DNA of 63,493 nucleotides, counting the filler. It is 3 parts of 3 records of this genome, joined end to end, with 100 filler letters (N's around TTAATTAATTAA, not from the genome) between each part and the next. Parts side by side here need not be neighbours in the genome. Positions count along the whole stretch, not along the records: positions 1 to 15,721 come from SRR31156797_4461; 2 more parts are not named here. One strand, given 5' to 3'. A program made the translations under genes and the position numbers. Under the pieces are notes generated by a model that was not told where the DNA came from, did no database searches, and was given only the letters and a program-made list of their open reading frames with translations. Positions 1 through 8,486 of the stretch are shown here, piece after piece. How positions within the stretch are numbered: position 1 is the first letter of the stretch; every line of letters starts with the position of its first letter.

Positions 1-1
1 G

Positions 2-898
2 GTAACCATTTATTCCGGCACCGAGTTTGGCCGCACACTGGGTACGCCCATCATGCTGCTTGTGCATAATAAAGATCAGCGGCCGCAAGATTATGGTGAG
101 ATGAGTAAGATCCCCAGGCCGTCTCATGCCGATTTTACCTATCAGCTTAAGTACGGAACCAGGGCCTCAAGTGGTGGTGGTCGTTCCAGTGCCAGAGAGA
201 CCATCGGTCGAGTTGCTGCTGGTGCGATTGCTGAAAAGTGGCTTCGGGAATCTTACGGGACAGAAATTATAGCCTGGGTTAGTTCTGTTGGCGATATAGA
301 AGCCCCTGAAATAGACCATGCAGCAATTAGTCGCAGCGAGGTAGATTCTACCATTATTCGGTGTCCGCATGCAGAGACAGCAGCCAAAATGGAGCAGAGG
401 GTTTCGGAAATACTTGAAGCTAAAGACTCCACTGGTGGTATCCTTACCTGTGTTTGCCGGAATGTTCCCATTGGTTTGGGAGAACCTATTTTTGATAAAC
501 TGGAAGCACGACTGGCTCAAGCCATGCTGTCCCTGCCTGCAACCAAAGGGTTTGACATCGGCAGCGGGTTTGCGGGCACTCAAATGCGCGGTAGTCAGCA
601 TAATGACCCTTTTGTACAAAAAGGGAAGAAGTTGGGGACTGTTACTAATAATTCCGGTGGCGTTCAGGGAGGGATCAGTAATGGTGAGCCTGTCATCTTT
701 CGGGTGGCTTTTAAGCCGGTGGCAACGATAGGCATGATGCAGGATACCGTTGATTTTGAAGGTAAAAGGGTTACTTTGGAAGCAAAGGGGCGTCACGACC
801 CATGTGTAGTTCCAAGAGCAGTGCCCATTGTTGAGTCCATGGCAGCTTTGGTTTTAATGGACATGGCCTTGCAGCAGCGATCCAGAGGAAATTTGTAA
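2..898 (+). CDS. aroC: Chorismate synthase (5' end outside window)
   Basis: The frame is open from nt 2 ([18 protein letters not shown]). It contains the signature motifs [23 protein letters not shown] and RHDPC. Confidence 0.97.
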   Translation, partial: VTIYSGTEFGRTLGTPIMLLVHNKDQRPQDYGEMSKIPRPSHADFTYQLKYGTRASSGGGRSSARETIGRVAAGAIAEKWLRESYGTEIIAWVSSVGDIEAPEIDHAAISRSEVDSTIIRCPHAETAAKMEQRVSEILEAKDSTGGILTCVCRNVPIGLGEPIFDKLEARLAQAMLSLPATKGFDIGSGFAGTQMRGSQHNDPFVQKGKKLGTVTNNSGGVQGGISNGEPVIFRVAFKPVATIGMMQDTVDFEGKRVTLEAKGRHDPCVVPRAVPIVESMAALVLMDMALQQRSRGNL

Positions 899-942
899 CC
901 AGTAGGAAGTTTTTTGTCCTACTCCTTCAACGATACACATCT

Positions 943-2007
943 ATGGATACATTGAAAGGACATATTCTGGTTGTAGAAGACTCCAAGGTCAATCAGAAGT
1001 TGCTGCAAAGGCTTTTGGTGAAAAGTGGTTACGAGGTGGCTTTGGCAGGAGACTCCAACGAGGCGTTGGCAATTCTTCAGGCAAAGGGTAGGGTACCGCC
1101 GGACTTAATTTTACTTGATATCATCATGCCGGGGATGGATGGCTTTGAGCTGTGTAAACGGCTCAAACAGGATGCATTTTTTCAGGATATCCCTGTTATT
1201 TTTATTTCTTCTCTGGATGCAGCTGACGATAAGGTGCGAGGATTTGAAGCGGGGGGGGTTGATTACATTACCAAACCATTTCACTTCGGGGAAGTTTTGG
1301 CAAGAATTTCCACCCATCTTAAGCTCTGCCGCCTTCAGCGGCAGGTGGAGGAAAGAAACAAACAACTGCATCTTGAAAAACAAAAGTCAGAATCTCTCCT
1401 GCTCAATGTGCTGCCAGCTCGGGTAGCTCAGGAACTGATTGAGAAGGGTAGCTTTAGGCCGCAGTCCTACACAGATGTAACTGTTTGTTTCATAGATCTC
1501 GTTCAGTTCACTGCTGCATCATCCCTCTTGGATCCCGAGATTTTAATCCGAGAGCTTAATGATATTTTTTCCGGTTTTGACGATATCGCCTGCAGGCATG
1601 GGTGTGAACGAATGAAGACTGTTGGCGATGCTTATCTTTGTACCTGCGGAATACCTAAAGCCGACCCTCTTCATGACCAGAAAATGGCAGATGCGGCCTT
1701 AGCAATGATTGCCTTTCTTGAGCAGCGAAATCTCCATGCAGATCATCAGTGGCAGGTGCGGATTGGGATACATTCTGGTAATGTTGTCGGGGGGATAGTG
1801 GGTATCGATAAATACCTGTATGATATTTTTGGAGATACGGTAAATATCGCCTCCCGTTTAGAATCATTATCCTTGCCCATGCAGATAAATGTTTCGCAAG
1901 AAGTCTATGATAGCCTTGAGGACGATTTTTGTTTTACTGGCCCGGCTATGGTTGAAATGAAAGGCAAAGGCGCTCGCTCGACCTATTTTCTTACCGGCCG
2001 TCAGTAA
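943..2007 (+). CDS. Response regulator (REC) fused to class III adenylate cyclase
   Basis: N-terminal REC domain (VVEDS, LLDIIMP, YITKP), then a coiled coil, then cyclase motifs FIDLVQFT, KTVGDAY and YDIFGDTVNIASRLE. The K and D specificity residues suggest ATP as substrate. Confidence 0.92.
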   Translation: MDTLKGHILVVEDSKVNQKLLQRLLVKSGYEVALAGDSNEALAILQAKGRVPPDLILLDIIMPGMDGFELCKRLKQDAFFQDIPVIFISSLDAADDKVRGFEAGGVDYITKPFHFGEVLARISTHLKLCRLQRQVEERNKQLHLEKQKSESLLLNVLPARVAQELIEKGSFRPQSYTDVTVCFIDLVQFTAASSLLDPEILIRELNDIFSGFDDIACRHGCERMKTVGDAYLCTCGIPKADPLHDQKMADAALAMIAFLEQRNLHADHQWQVRIGIHSGNVVGGIVGIDKYLYDIFGDTVNIASRLESLSLPMQINVSQEVYDSLEDDFCFTGPAMVEMKGKGARSTYFLTGRQ

Positions 2008-2053
2008 GACGATTGATGAGCTTCATCTTATTTCCCTCCTTGTGTATGTCTGT

Positions 2054-2377
2054 CTACAGTAATAATCCTGCAAGCCAGTAGAGCAACATTCCCGCAATGA
2101 CAGTACCTCCCAAACTTTTTGTTTTCCAGGCAATAAGAAAAGTGGGGACTGCAATCAGCAGTTCAGGCTGGGTGATATCCAGGGTGCGTGGCTCCGTATG
2201 GGTGAGGAGAATAGGGGCCAGAAGTGCACTGAGGATAGCCACAGGAATCAGACTGAGCCAGTCAATCAGCCACTGGGGAAGACGTCTATGGGCTAGGTAA
2301 AGGAGCGGGAGCCATCGTGGTACATAGGTAACCAAGCCCATGGCGGCAAAGAGTAGAAAATATTCAGGAAGGTGCAT
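2054..2377 (-). CDS. azlD: AzlD-family branched-chain amino acid exporter small subunit
   Basis: Hydrophobic 107-aa protein with MGLVTYVPRWLP and IPVAILSAL motifs. It overlaps the azlC stop. Start taken at the ATG at 2377. Confidence 0.88.
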   Translation of the reverse strand: MHLPEYFLLFAAMGLVTYVPRWLPLLYLAHRRLPQWLIDWLSLIPVAILSALLAPILLTHTEPRTLDITQPELLIAVPTFLIAWKTKSLGGTVIAGMLLYWLAGLLL

Positions 2378-3101
2378 GACTGCCTCTCGTCCTTTTTTTG
2401 ATGAGGAAACCAATGGTTGCTGCACTCATGGAGGCACCTACAATATAAGAGTCTCCTGGAATAAACAGGTACCAGCCTACAGAAATTGCAGCAGCAATAC
2501 ATGCTGTGGCAACAAAAATGATGCCCTGCATTTGATAAACAAGCAGACAGATAAACATCGCGGTTAATGCGTAATCAATGCCAAAGGCTCCTTGGGGAAT
2601 AAACTGGCCAATCACTGTTCCAGTTATGGTGGAGATAATCCAGACCGAGTTTGCCAAGTGATGTACTGAGAGTGCGCTCCATTTGCTCCAGTCACTATTG
2701 TTAAACCGGGTCATGTTTACGGCAAAACTTTCGTCAGTGATGCCGTAGGCAAAGACGGAAAGAAACCAGCGGTTGACGCCTTGAAGATGGACTGCCAGGG
2801 CTGAACTCATCAAGGCATGGCGAAGATTGACAACAAAGGTGGTAAGGATGATTGAAGTGACAGAAGCGCCGCTGGCAAGCATGGCAACGCAGATAAATTG
2901 GGCGCTACCGGCAAAAACAAGGATGGACATCATCCCGACCGCCCATACGGGTATTTTTGCCTGCTGGGCAAGAACGCCCAGAGCCAGACCTATTGGAAAG
3001 TAACCCAGACAGATAGGCCAGGCTGCACCAAAACCTTTGCGCACTTTATTTTGCAGAGGAGTGTGCAGGGTTGGCTGATGTTGAAGGTTGTCGTTCTTCA
3101 T
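2364..3101 (-). CDS. azlC: AzlC-family branched-chain amino acid exporter permease
   Basis: Motifs PICLGYFPIG, FAGSAQF, NLRHALMS and GITDESF. Confidence 0.93.
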   Translation of the reverse strand: MKNDNLQHQPTLHTPLQNKVRKGFGAAWPICLGYFPIGLALGVLAQQAKIPVWAVGMMSILVFAGSAQFICVAMLASGASVTSIILTTFVVNLRHALMSSALAVHLQGVNRWFLSVFAYGITDESFAVNMTRFNNSDWSKWSALSVHHLANSVWIISTITGTVIGQFIPQGAFGIDYALTAMFICLLVYQMQGIIFVATACIAAAISVGWYLFIPGDSYIVGASMSAATIGFLIKKRTRGSHAPS

Positions 3102-3271
3102 GAATTTAGATATGTATGCCTAGTATTTATGAGTTTAAAGAAAAACCCACGTTCTACCTGCTATGAATTGTAAAAAATACTCGTTTAGTAAAGGGAATGT
3201 TCTATACAAATTAGTACGCTCTCGCAATTGTTTTTCAGTGTCGTTGTTGTGGCGAAAAAGAGCATGCTGCC

Positions 3272-4864
3272 ATGAGTAACGTGCGCTGGAAGATCCGTGA
3301 TATTCTTGATCTGGAGTTTTTTCTTCACCAAGACAGAAAACGTGCTGATAGTGAAGGAGAGGCACCGCTGGTGCAGCGTGACCGCACTCTTTATACCGAA
3401 AAAATTATTCCGCAGTCTGGGGCTAATCCTGAACGGCGTTTGCTGGTAAGGAAGTGGCTGCAGCTAAGGAGGAAGGCTGTACAGGTAGACGGCGATGAGC
3501 AGATTCTACCCGGTAAAATATGGCAGGATGTTTTTTTTGGGGCCAAGGTGATCGCTTTAGGCATCGGGCTGCTCAGTGGCATCAGTATGACCATCCCCTT
3601 TTTAGTTTATTCGGGGCAGGCTCCGGTTAATGTAACCGGATATTTTGCGGTCTTTGTCCTGTTGCAGCTATTTTTGTTTACTGGACAATTGTTTTCCCTG
3701 TGCTGGCGAAAGCTTAGAAAACGTCAGCTGGCAGCCTCGTTATTGGGGATGCTGCTGGGCAGGTTGAGTTTTTTGTTAATGGGTAAGCTGCTGCAATTTG
3801 TTTACCGAAAACGTTCTGCTGCGGCGCAGAGAGCTCTCGATCTATTTCGTAACCAGATTAAGGAGCAGGCATCTTTGGCTCCGTTTTTTCTCTGGTCGGT
3901 TTTTTTACTGCTACAGCTTGCAGGGATAGGCTTTAATTGTGGTGTCATCGGGGCAACTCTAGGTAAGGTTTTTGTTGCTGATACCGCCTTTGGCTGGCAA
4001 TCAACATTGCAGGTGCAGGAAATCGTTATTGCTGAGGCGGTTCGATGGGTTGCATTGCCGTGGAGCTGGCTGCTGCCCGAATATTTCGCCTATCCCACTC
4101 TTGAGGCAATCGAAGGAAGCAGGATAGTGCTCAAAGACGGAATGTACAGCCTGACGACCATGGATCTTGTTTCCTGGTGGCCCTTTTTGTGTTGTTCAGT
4201 TTTGTTTTACGGTCTGTTTCCCCGTGTGGTTATGATGTTTTTTGGGGTTTTTTCCAGGAGTAGTCTCTTGCGAAAGGTTCCGTCCACAGAAGAGCCAGAG
4301 TTGCGTTGTCTGGTACGACGAATGGTAACCCCGACAGTGGAAACCGCAGGAGATAGCAGGCACACCACAAAGATAAGAGAACCGTCAGTTAGCCTGGAGA
4401 GTGAAGAGGAGAAAGAGACTCAACCTGTAGAGGTTGCGGGGGCGGAAGTCACCTGGCTGCTGATACCCGATGAACTGCATGACATTTTACCACTTGGCCG
4501 GCTGACATCATTTCTTGCTGGTGATGGTGCTAATCGAGTAGTGGACATCATACGTTTTGACGATCTGGATAACAATGATGAACAACTCCTTGGACTGCTT
4601 GCAGAGAAAGCAAAGACAAAGGAGATTGCTGGTATCACTTTGCTGCAGGAAGCATGGCAGCCACCCATTGAGGAAATATTATCTATGATTCGCGATATTC
4701 GACAAGCAGTAGGCGCAGAAACGGAGATCGTGATTGGCCTGATTGGTAAGCCTGAGGCCGATGAAGTGCTTACCCCAGCAGATAAAGAACAACTCGCCAT
4801 TTGGGCGATGAAAATAAGACCACTTGCTGATCCTGCTTTAGCAGTCATATCACTGATGCGATGA
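3272..4864 (+). CDS. DUF2868-like multi-pass membrane protein
   Basis: Several TM segments, FGWQSTL and WWPFL..YGLFPR motifs, C-terminal AWQPP. Translationally coupled (ATGA) to the downstream GTPase. Confidence 0.75.
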   Translation: MSNVRWKIRDILDLEFFLHQDRKRADSEGEAPLVQRDRTLYTEKIIPQSGANPERRLLVRKWLQLRRKAVQVDGDEQILPGKIWQDVFFGAKVIALGIGLLSGISMTIPFLVYSGQAPVNVTGYFAVFVLLQLFLFTGQLFSLCWRKLRKRQLAASLLGMLLGRLSFLLMGKLLQFVYRKRSAAAQRALDLFRNQIKEQASLAPFFLWSVFLLLQLAGIGFNCGVIGATLGKVFVADTAFGWQSTLQVQEIVIAEAVRWVALPWSWLLPEYFAYPTLEAIEGSRIVLKDGMYSLTTMDLVSWWPFLCCSVLFYGLFPRVVMMFFGVFSRSSLLRKVPSTEEPELRCLVRRMVTPTVETAGDSRHTTKIREPSVSLESEEEKETQPVEVAGAEVTWLLIPDELHDILPLGRLTSFLAGDGANRVVDIIRFDDLDNNDEQLLGLLAEKAKTKEIAGITLLQEAWQPPIEEILSMIRDIRQAVGAETEIVIGLIGKPEADEVLTPADKEQLAIWAMKIRPLADPALAVISLMR

Positions 4865-6288
4865 AAAAAATAAACCATATTCCTGAATTTGCCATCATCG
4901 GGCACCCGAATGAAGGTAAGTCGTCCGTGCTTTCCACCCTGGCAGAAGATGATTCGGTGCGTGTTAGCCCCATTCCTGGGGAAACCGTTACTTGCCAGAA
5001 TTTTCCTGTAATGGTGGATGGACGTGAGATAATTCGTTTTGTCGATACGCCAGGGTTTCAAAACCCTCGCAAAACGCTGCAGTGGATGCAGGGCTGGCAG
5101 GGACAAGATGAACAGATGATAGCCTCCTTTATCGAGGTTCATGCCGATGATCCTGCATTCCGAGATGATTGTGAGTTGCTGGGACCTGTTGCCGGCGGAG
5201 CAGGCGTTATTTTTGTGGTTGATGGCTCCCGGCCGGTGCGTAATATGGATCGTGCTGAAATGGAAATCCTTCGGCTCAGTGGGGCTCCAAGGATGGCTGT
5301 TATAAACAGTAAGGAAGACGACACTGCTTACCTCAGCCAGTGGCAATCTGAGTTTCGCAAACACTTTAATGCCATCCGTGTTTTTAATTCCAGCAGAGCC
5401 ACTTACATTCAGCGGATTGAGCTGTTGGAAAGCCTTAAAGCAATTGATCAGCAGTGGGAACCTGCCCTGCGTGGGGTGGTCGAGGCATTTAAAACTGACT
5501 GGCAGGCACGGAGCGAACAGAGTGTCGACATCTTGCTTGGCTTTATCGGCGAAGCATTGGCGTATCGTAAAACCGTTCCCTGTGAAAAAGAAAATCAGCA
5601 GGATGTGTGTCGCCAAATGTGGCAGGAATACCAGGCAATGGTAACCCACAAAGAGCACCGAGCCCATAAGGCTATCCGGAGCTTATTCAAACATAATATT
5701 TTCAATATTGATTTGCCTGAGCATTCAATCCTGGAAAAAGATCTTTTCAGCAAGACGACCTGGGAGTTTCTCGGCTTAACCGACAAGCAGATTATTCTGG
5801 CAGGAGCAATGAGCGGGGCTGCCCTCGGGGCTGGTTTGGATCTGGCAGCGGCCGGTATTTCGTTTGGTGTTTTCTCTACCCTTGGAGGGTTGTTTGGGGC
5901 AGCAGGAACAGCAGTTAAGGGAAAAAAATGGCTCTCTGGAATCAAATTGCTTGGTATGCATATTGGAGGCGAACAACTGCGTATAGGTCCTGTCACTAAT
6001 AGCCAGTTACTCTATATTCTTCTGGATAGAAGCCTGCTGTTCTATGGGCATATTATCAACTGGTCCCATGGCAGGCGCGATTATGATGCTGGCCAGCAAG
6101 AGGTTGCTGCAGATACCAGGAAGGAAGGAGTTACTGCATACTGGAGCAAAAATGAGCGGAAAATAGGTGAGCATTTTTTTCGTGCTGCCATTGCAGGTAG
6201 TGGCTGGGCAACCTCTGAAGCTGCACAGAAAATGCGTGATTTACTGCTCCAGCAGATGCAGCAGATTGCAGAAAGCAACAGTAAATGA
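4861..6288 (+). CDS. GTPase with C-terminal DUF3482-like domain
   Basis: G1 GHPNEGKS, G2 GETV and G3 DTPG motifs. A C-terminal Gly/Ala-rich membrane hairpin (GAMSGAALGAGLDLAAAG) is followed by SHGRRD. Confidence 0.82.
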   Translation: MKKINHIPEFAIIGHPNEGKSSVLSTLAEDDSVRVSPIPGETVTCQNFPVMVDGREIIRFVDTPGFQNPRKTLQWMQGWQGQDEQMIASFIEVHADDPAFRDDCELLGPVAGGAGVIFVVDGSRPVRNMDRAEMEILRLSGAPRMAVINSKEDDTAYLSQWQSEFRKHFNAIRVFNSSRATYIQRIELLESLKAIDQQWEPALRGVVEAFKTDWQARSEQSVDILLGFIGEALAYRKTVPCEKENQQDVCRQMWQEYQAMVTHKEHRAHKAIRSLFKHNIFNIDLPEHSILEKDLFSKTTWEFLGLTDKQIILAGAMSGAALGAGLDLAAAGISFGVFSTLGGLFGAAGTAVKGKKWLSGIKLLGMHIGGEQLRIGPVTNSQLLYILLDRSLLFYGHIINWSHGRRDYDAGQQEVAADTRKEGVTAYWSKNERKIGEHFFRAAIAGSGWATSEAAQKMRDLLLQQMQQIAESNSK

Positions 6289-6345
6289 GGTAGTATATTT
6301 ACGGGTTACTTCCCTGTTTACGACAATGCCTTACCGCTGGCTCAA

Positions 6346-7119
6346 TTAACCCCCAAAAGCTTTTTCTGTCAGTGTCTCTTCTGTGTTTTGGTCCAGTTCA
6401 CCCGTTTCGGTTAAGCCTGACTGTACCTGGAATTGTATGATCGCAGAACGTGTTCGGCGGCCCCGCAAGCCGTCAGTCGGTCCTGGGTCAAAACCAAGAT
6501 ATTTCAGTGCTGCCTGACCTGCACGAAGGGAAAGGTCAGGGAGTATGATCTTGTATTTTGCATGGGCTGCTGCCAATCTGGTGTCATATTCATTTTTCTT
6601 AAAGTCTCGGCCGTTATAGCCGCGTGCAAAAGATACCCAATTGTTACGTTGCAGTGCACCTGCAAGGCTATTTCCTTTAATAAAATTTGCCATAGCCAGC
6701 AGTTGTTTGTTTTCACTTTTGACCATCCCCTGCACCAAGGCTTTGACTGTAGAAAACCCTGCAATATCATGGTTGAAGCCCATGACTTGACCGATACCCC
6801 AGGAGGCACTTTTTAGCGCAGCGTCCTGGTCCAATTTAATCGCTTTTTTTAAACGGTCGTATTCTCCTGAACCACCTTGGTAGCCGCCTGGCTTTTTGTG
6901 GCTGATATCTGCATTCCCGTCATCATAAAGCCCGTTTGTCTGTCGATGAAAAATGTGGCGTTCGAAGAGTATTTGTGGGGTTCGGTCATGGAAAAAACCG
7001 AACCCGCGAGTCTCTACAGTCAGTATCGCCCATATTTCGCATTCAGAAACACCCAACGTGCTGCATACTTTATCCATTCCATCATCGCCTAAAGGTTTAC
7101 CTTTGCTTTTAAACTTCAT
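6346..7119 (-). CDS. N-acetylmuramidase (DUF3380-type) with C-terminal PG_binding_1 domain
   Basis: Motifs VETRGFG, ILFERHIF, SASWGIGQVMGFN and FARGYNG. C-terminal LKYLGFDPGPTDGLRGRRTRSAIIQFQ..GL..TG is a peptidoglycan-binding repeat. GGAGA RBS before the ATGs at 7125/7119. No signal peptide. Confidence 0.9.
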   Translation of the reverse strand: MKFKSKGKPLGDDGMDKVCSTLGVSECEIWAILTVETRGFGFFHDRTPQILFERHIFHRQTNGLYDDGNADISHKKPGGYQGGSGEYDRLKKAIKLDQDAALKSASWGIGQVMGFNHDIAGFSTVKALVQGMVKSENKQLLAMANFIKGNSLAGALQRNNWVSFARGYNGRDFKKNEYDTRLAAAHAKYKIILPDLSLRAGQAALKYLGFDPGPTDGLRGRRTRSAIIQFQVQSGLTETGELDQNTEETLTEKAFGG

Positions 7120-7199
7120 AATCATTTCTCCACAAAGATGAGAGGGGGGGAACGTACTCATTACATCTTCTTCAGGAATGAAACTTAATTTCGTAAGAA

Positions 7200-8036
7200 T
7201 TAATCGGTCACGACTGTCAGGCCGGTCGGGGGATCGTTATGTTCTATGCCATCTTGGTTTCCTCGAGGTTGAACTGATTCGTGGACTTTATCAGTCGTCT
7301 CAATCTTGCGCATAGGGTCAGGTACGGGGTCTAAATTTTTTGAGATTGACGCTCCAGGATCCCGCATTTCTTTAAATCGTTCGAGTTCATCAGCCGCTAT
7401 CGGGAGTCCACAGGCAATTGCTCTATGCATCATCCAGCACAGGGCAATAGTGGAAAGGCCAATACTCATCCCTCCTCCGACATCTGAATGTACCCCACGA
7501 AACCAAACCTCTTCGAGTCGTCCTTCAGTTGTTTCTCCTGCCTTTAATGGTTTAACTCTGGTTGGTTTAAAGTTACCTCTTCGTTCATCCAAAGCCATGG
7601 CATGGCAGCATTGTTCCACGCTTCCAGGCAGCTTGAGGTCCCACCCGATATTTATATCATTTCCTGGAATCCCAAAAGACGCGACCACATCCCATAGGCC
7701 CAGAAAACGGACTTGTGCATCTGGTACTTCTGTGGCAGCTTCGTTCGCAAAATGCAGTGCTAAAGCAGCACCACGGCTAAAACCTATGATGTCGACTGTT
7801 TTGTCTCCATTCTCAACGTTTTTTTCCAGTTCGTCCATGGCTTCATTGATACGGAACCATCCGCCGGCCCCGGCCAGGCCTCCGAGAATTTTGCCTATAA
7901 AACTCAGGCGAGTACCCACGCCTTCAAGGTAAAATTTAGGTCCTTGGAAGGCATTATAAAATTTAATGACGTTTGTATCTTTTCCTTCCCCTTTTTCGTC
8001 TTCATTCCACGTACCATCAAATGCATAGAGTGCCAT
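7200..8036 (-). CDS. DUF2235 / Tle1-family alpha/beta-hydrolase (phospholipase-like)
   Basis: Motifs FDGTWN, TNV, GVGT, GFSRGA (GxSxG), LGLWDVV, HAMALDERR and EVWFRGVHSDVGGG. No signal peptide. Confidence 0.9.
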   Translation of the reverse strand: MALYAFDGTWNEDEKGEGKDTNVIKFYNAFQGPKFYLEGVGTRLSFIGKILGGLAGAGGWFRINEAMDELEKNVENGDKTVDIIGFSRGAALALHFANEAATEVPDAQVRFLGLWDVVASFGIPGNDINIGWDLKLPGSVEQCCHAMALDERRGNFKPTRVKPLKAGETTEGRLEEVWFRGVHSDVGGGMSIGLSTIALCWMMHRAIACGLPIAADELERFKEMRDPGASISKNLDPVPDPMRKIETTDKVHESVQPRGNQDGIEHNDPPTGLTVVTD

Positions 8037-8108
8037 CGATTTATCCCCCAATGTACTTATTGTTGATGCTCAACTGTATGGAGCTTCTGCCAAAATATGC
8101 TCTGTAAT

Positions 8109-8144
8109 AAAAAAAACCGAATTGCCCTCTTAAAGGCAACCTGG
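8109..8144 (-). terminator. Intrinsic terminator forming the riboswitch expression platform
   Basis: The minus strand reads CCAGGTTGCCT-TTAAGA-GGGCAATTCGG-TTTTTTTT. The 5' arm is the 3' end of the aptamer. Confidence 0.8.
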
Positions 8145-8210
8145 CTTTCTTGAAAAGATCCTAGGCTTTCCGACCCTACCTCACGGCAGGTTTGGCTTTC
8201 TCTGTCTCTT
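8130..8210 (-). ncRNA. Cyclic-di-GMP-I (GEMM-I) riboswitch aptamer
   Basis: The minus strand reads GAAAGCCAAACC-UGCC-GUGA-GGUA-GGGUCGGAAAGC-CUAGG-AUCUUUUCAAGAAAGC-CAGG-UUGCC. This fits the GEMM consensus: CAAACC, P2 with a GNRA loop, GGGaCGsAAAGC, P3, and a 3' RCC. Confidence 0.88.
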
Positions 8211-8227
8211 ATTTGGTTTATATTGAC

Positions 8228-8256
8228 ATGTTATGTTGCTAAGTGGGGGGAGTCAA
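8228..8256 (-). promoter_or_regulatory. Sigma70-type promoter for the riboswitch leader
   Basis: TTGACT (8256-8251), a 17-nt spacer, then TAACAT (8233-8228), immediately upstream of the aptamer. Confidence 0.65.
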
Positions 8257-8486
8257 GTCAGTGAGGCCGTTTTTGTAGCTGAAATAACGGGGAAAAGTAA
8301 TGGTTTTCCGTAAAGGGATTTAGTCATTGCCGGGGATGGGGATTCATTGCTTTACTGGTAGAATGCAATAGAACGACCTCTTGATGCCTTATTGAATGCG
8401 GCAAGGTCGTTCTATGCAGATTGTACAGTTAGTTTTGCATTGGGATTGTTTATCCTGGATTTGATATGGCAGGATGAACTGTAATT

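Noticed and set aside
4420-5667. 415-aa minus-strand ORF
   Set aside because: Antisense shadow of the well-supported DUF2868 and GTPase genes, with no motif of its own.
6346-7119. Muramidase as evidence of a prophage
   Set aside because: No holin, structural, integrase or replication genes in the segment.
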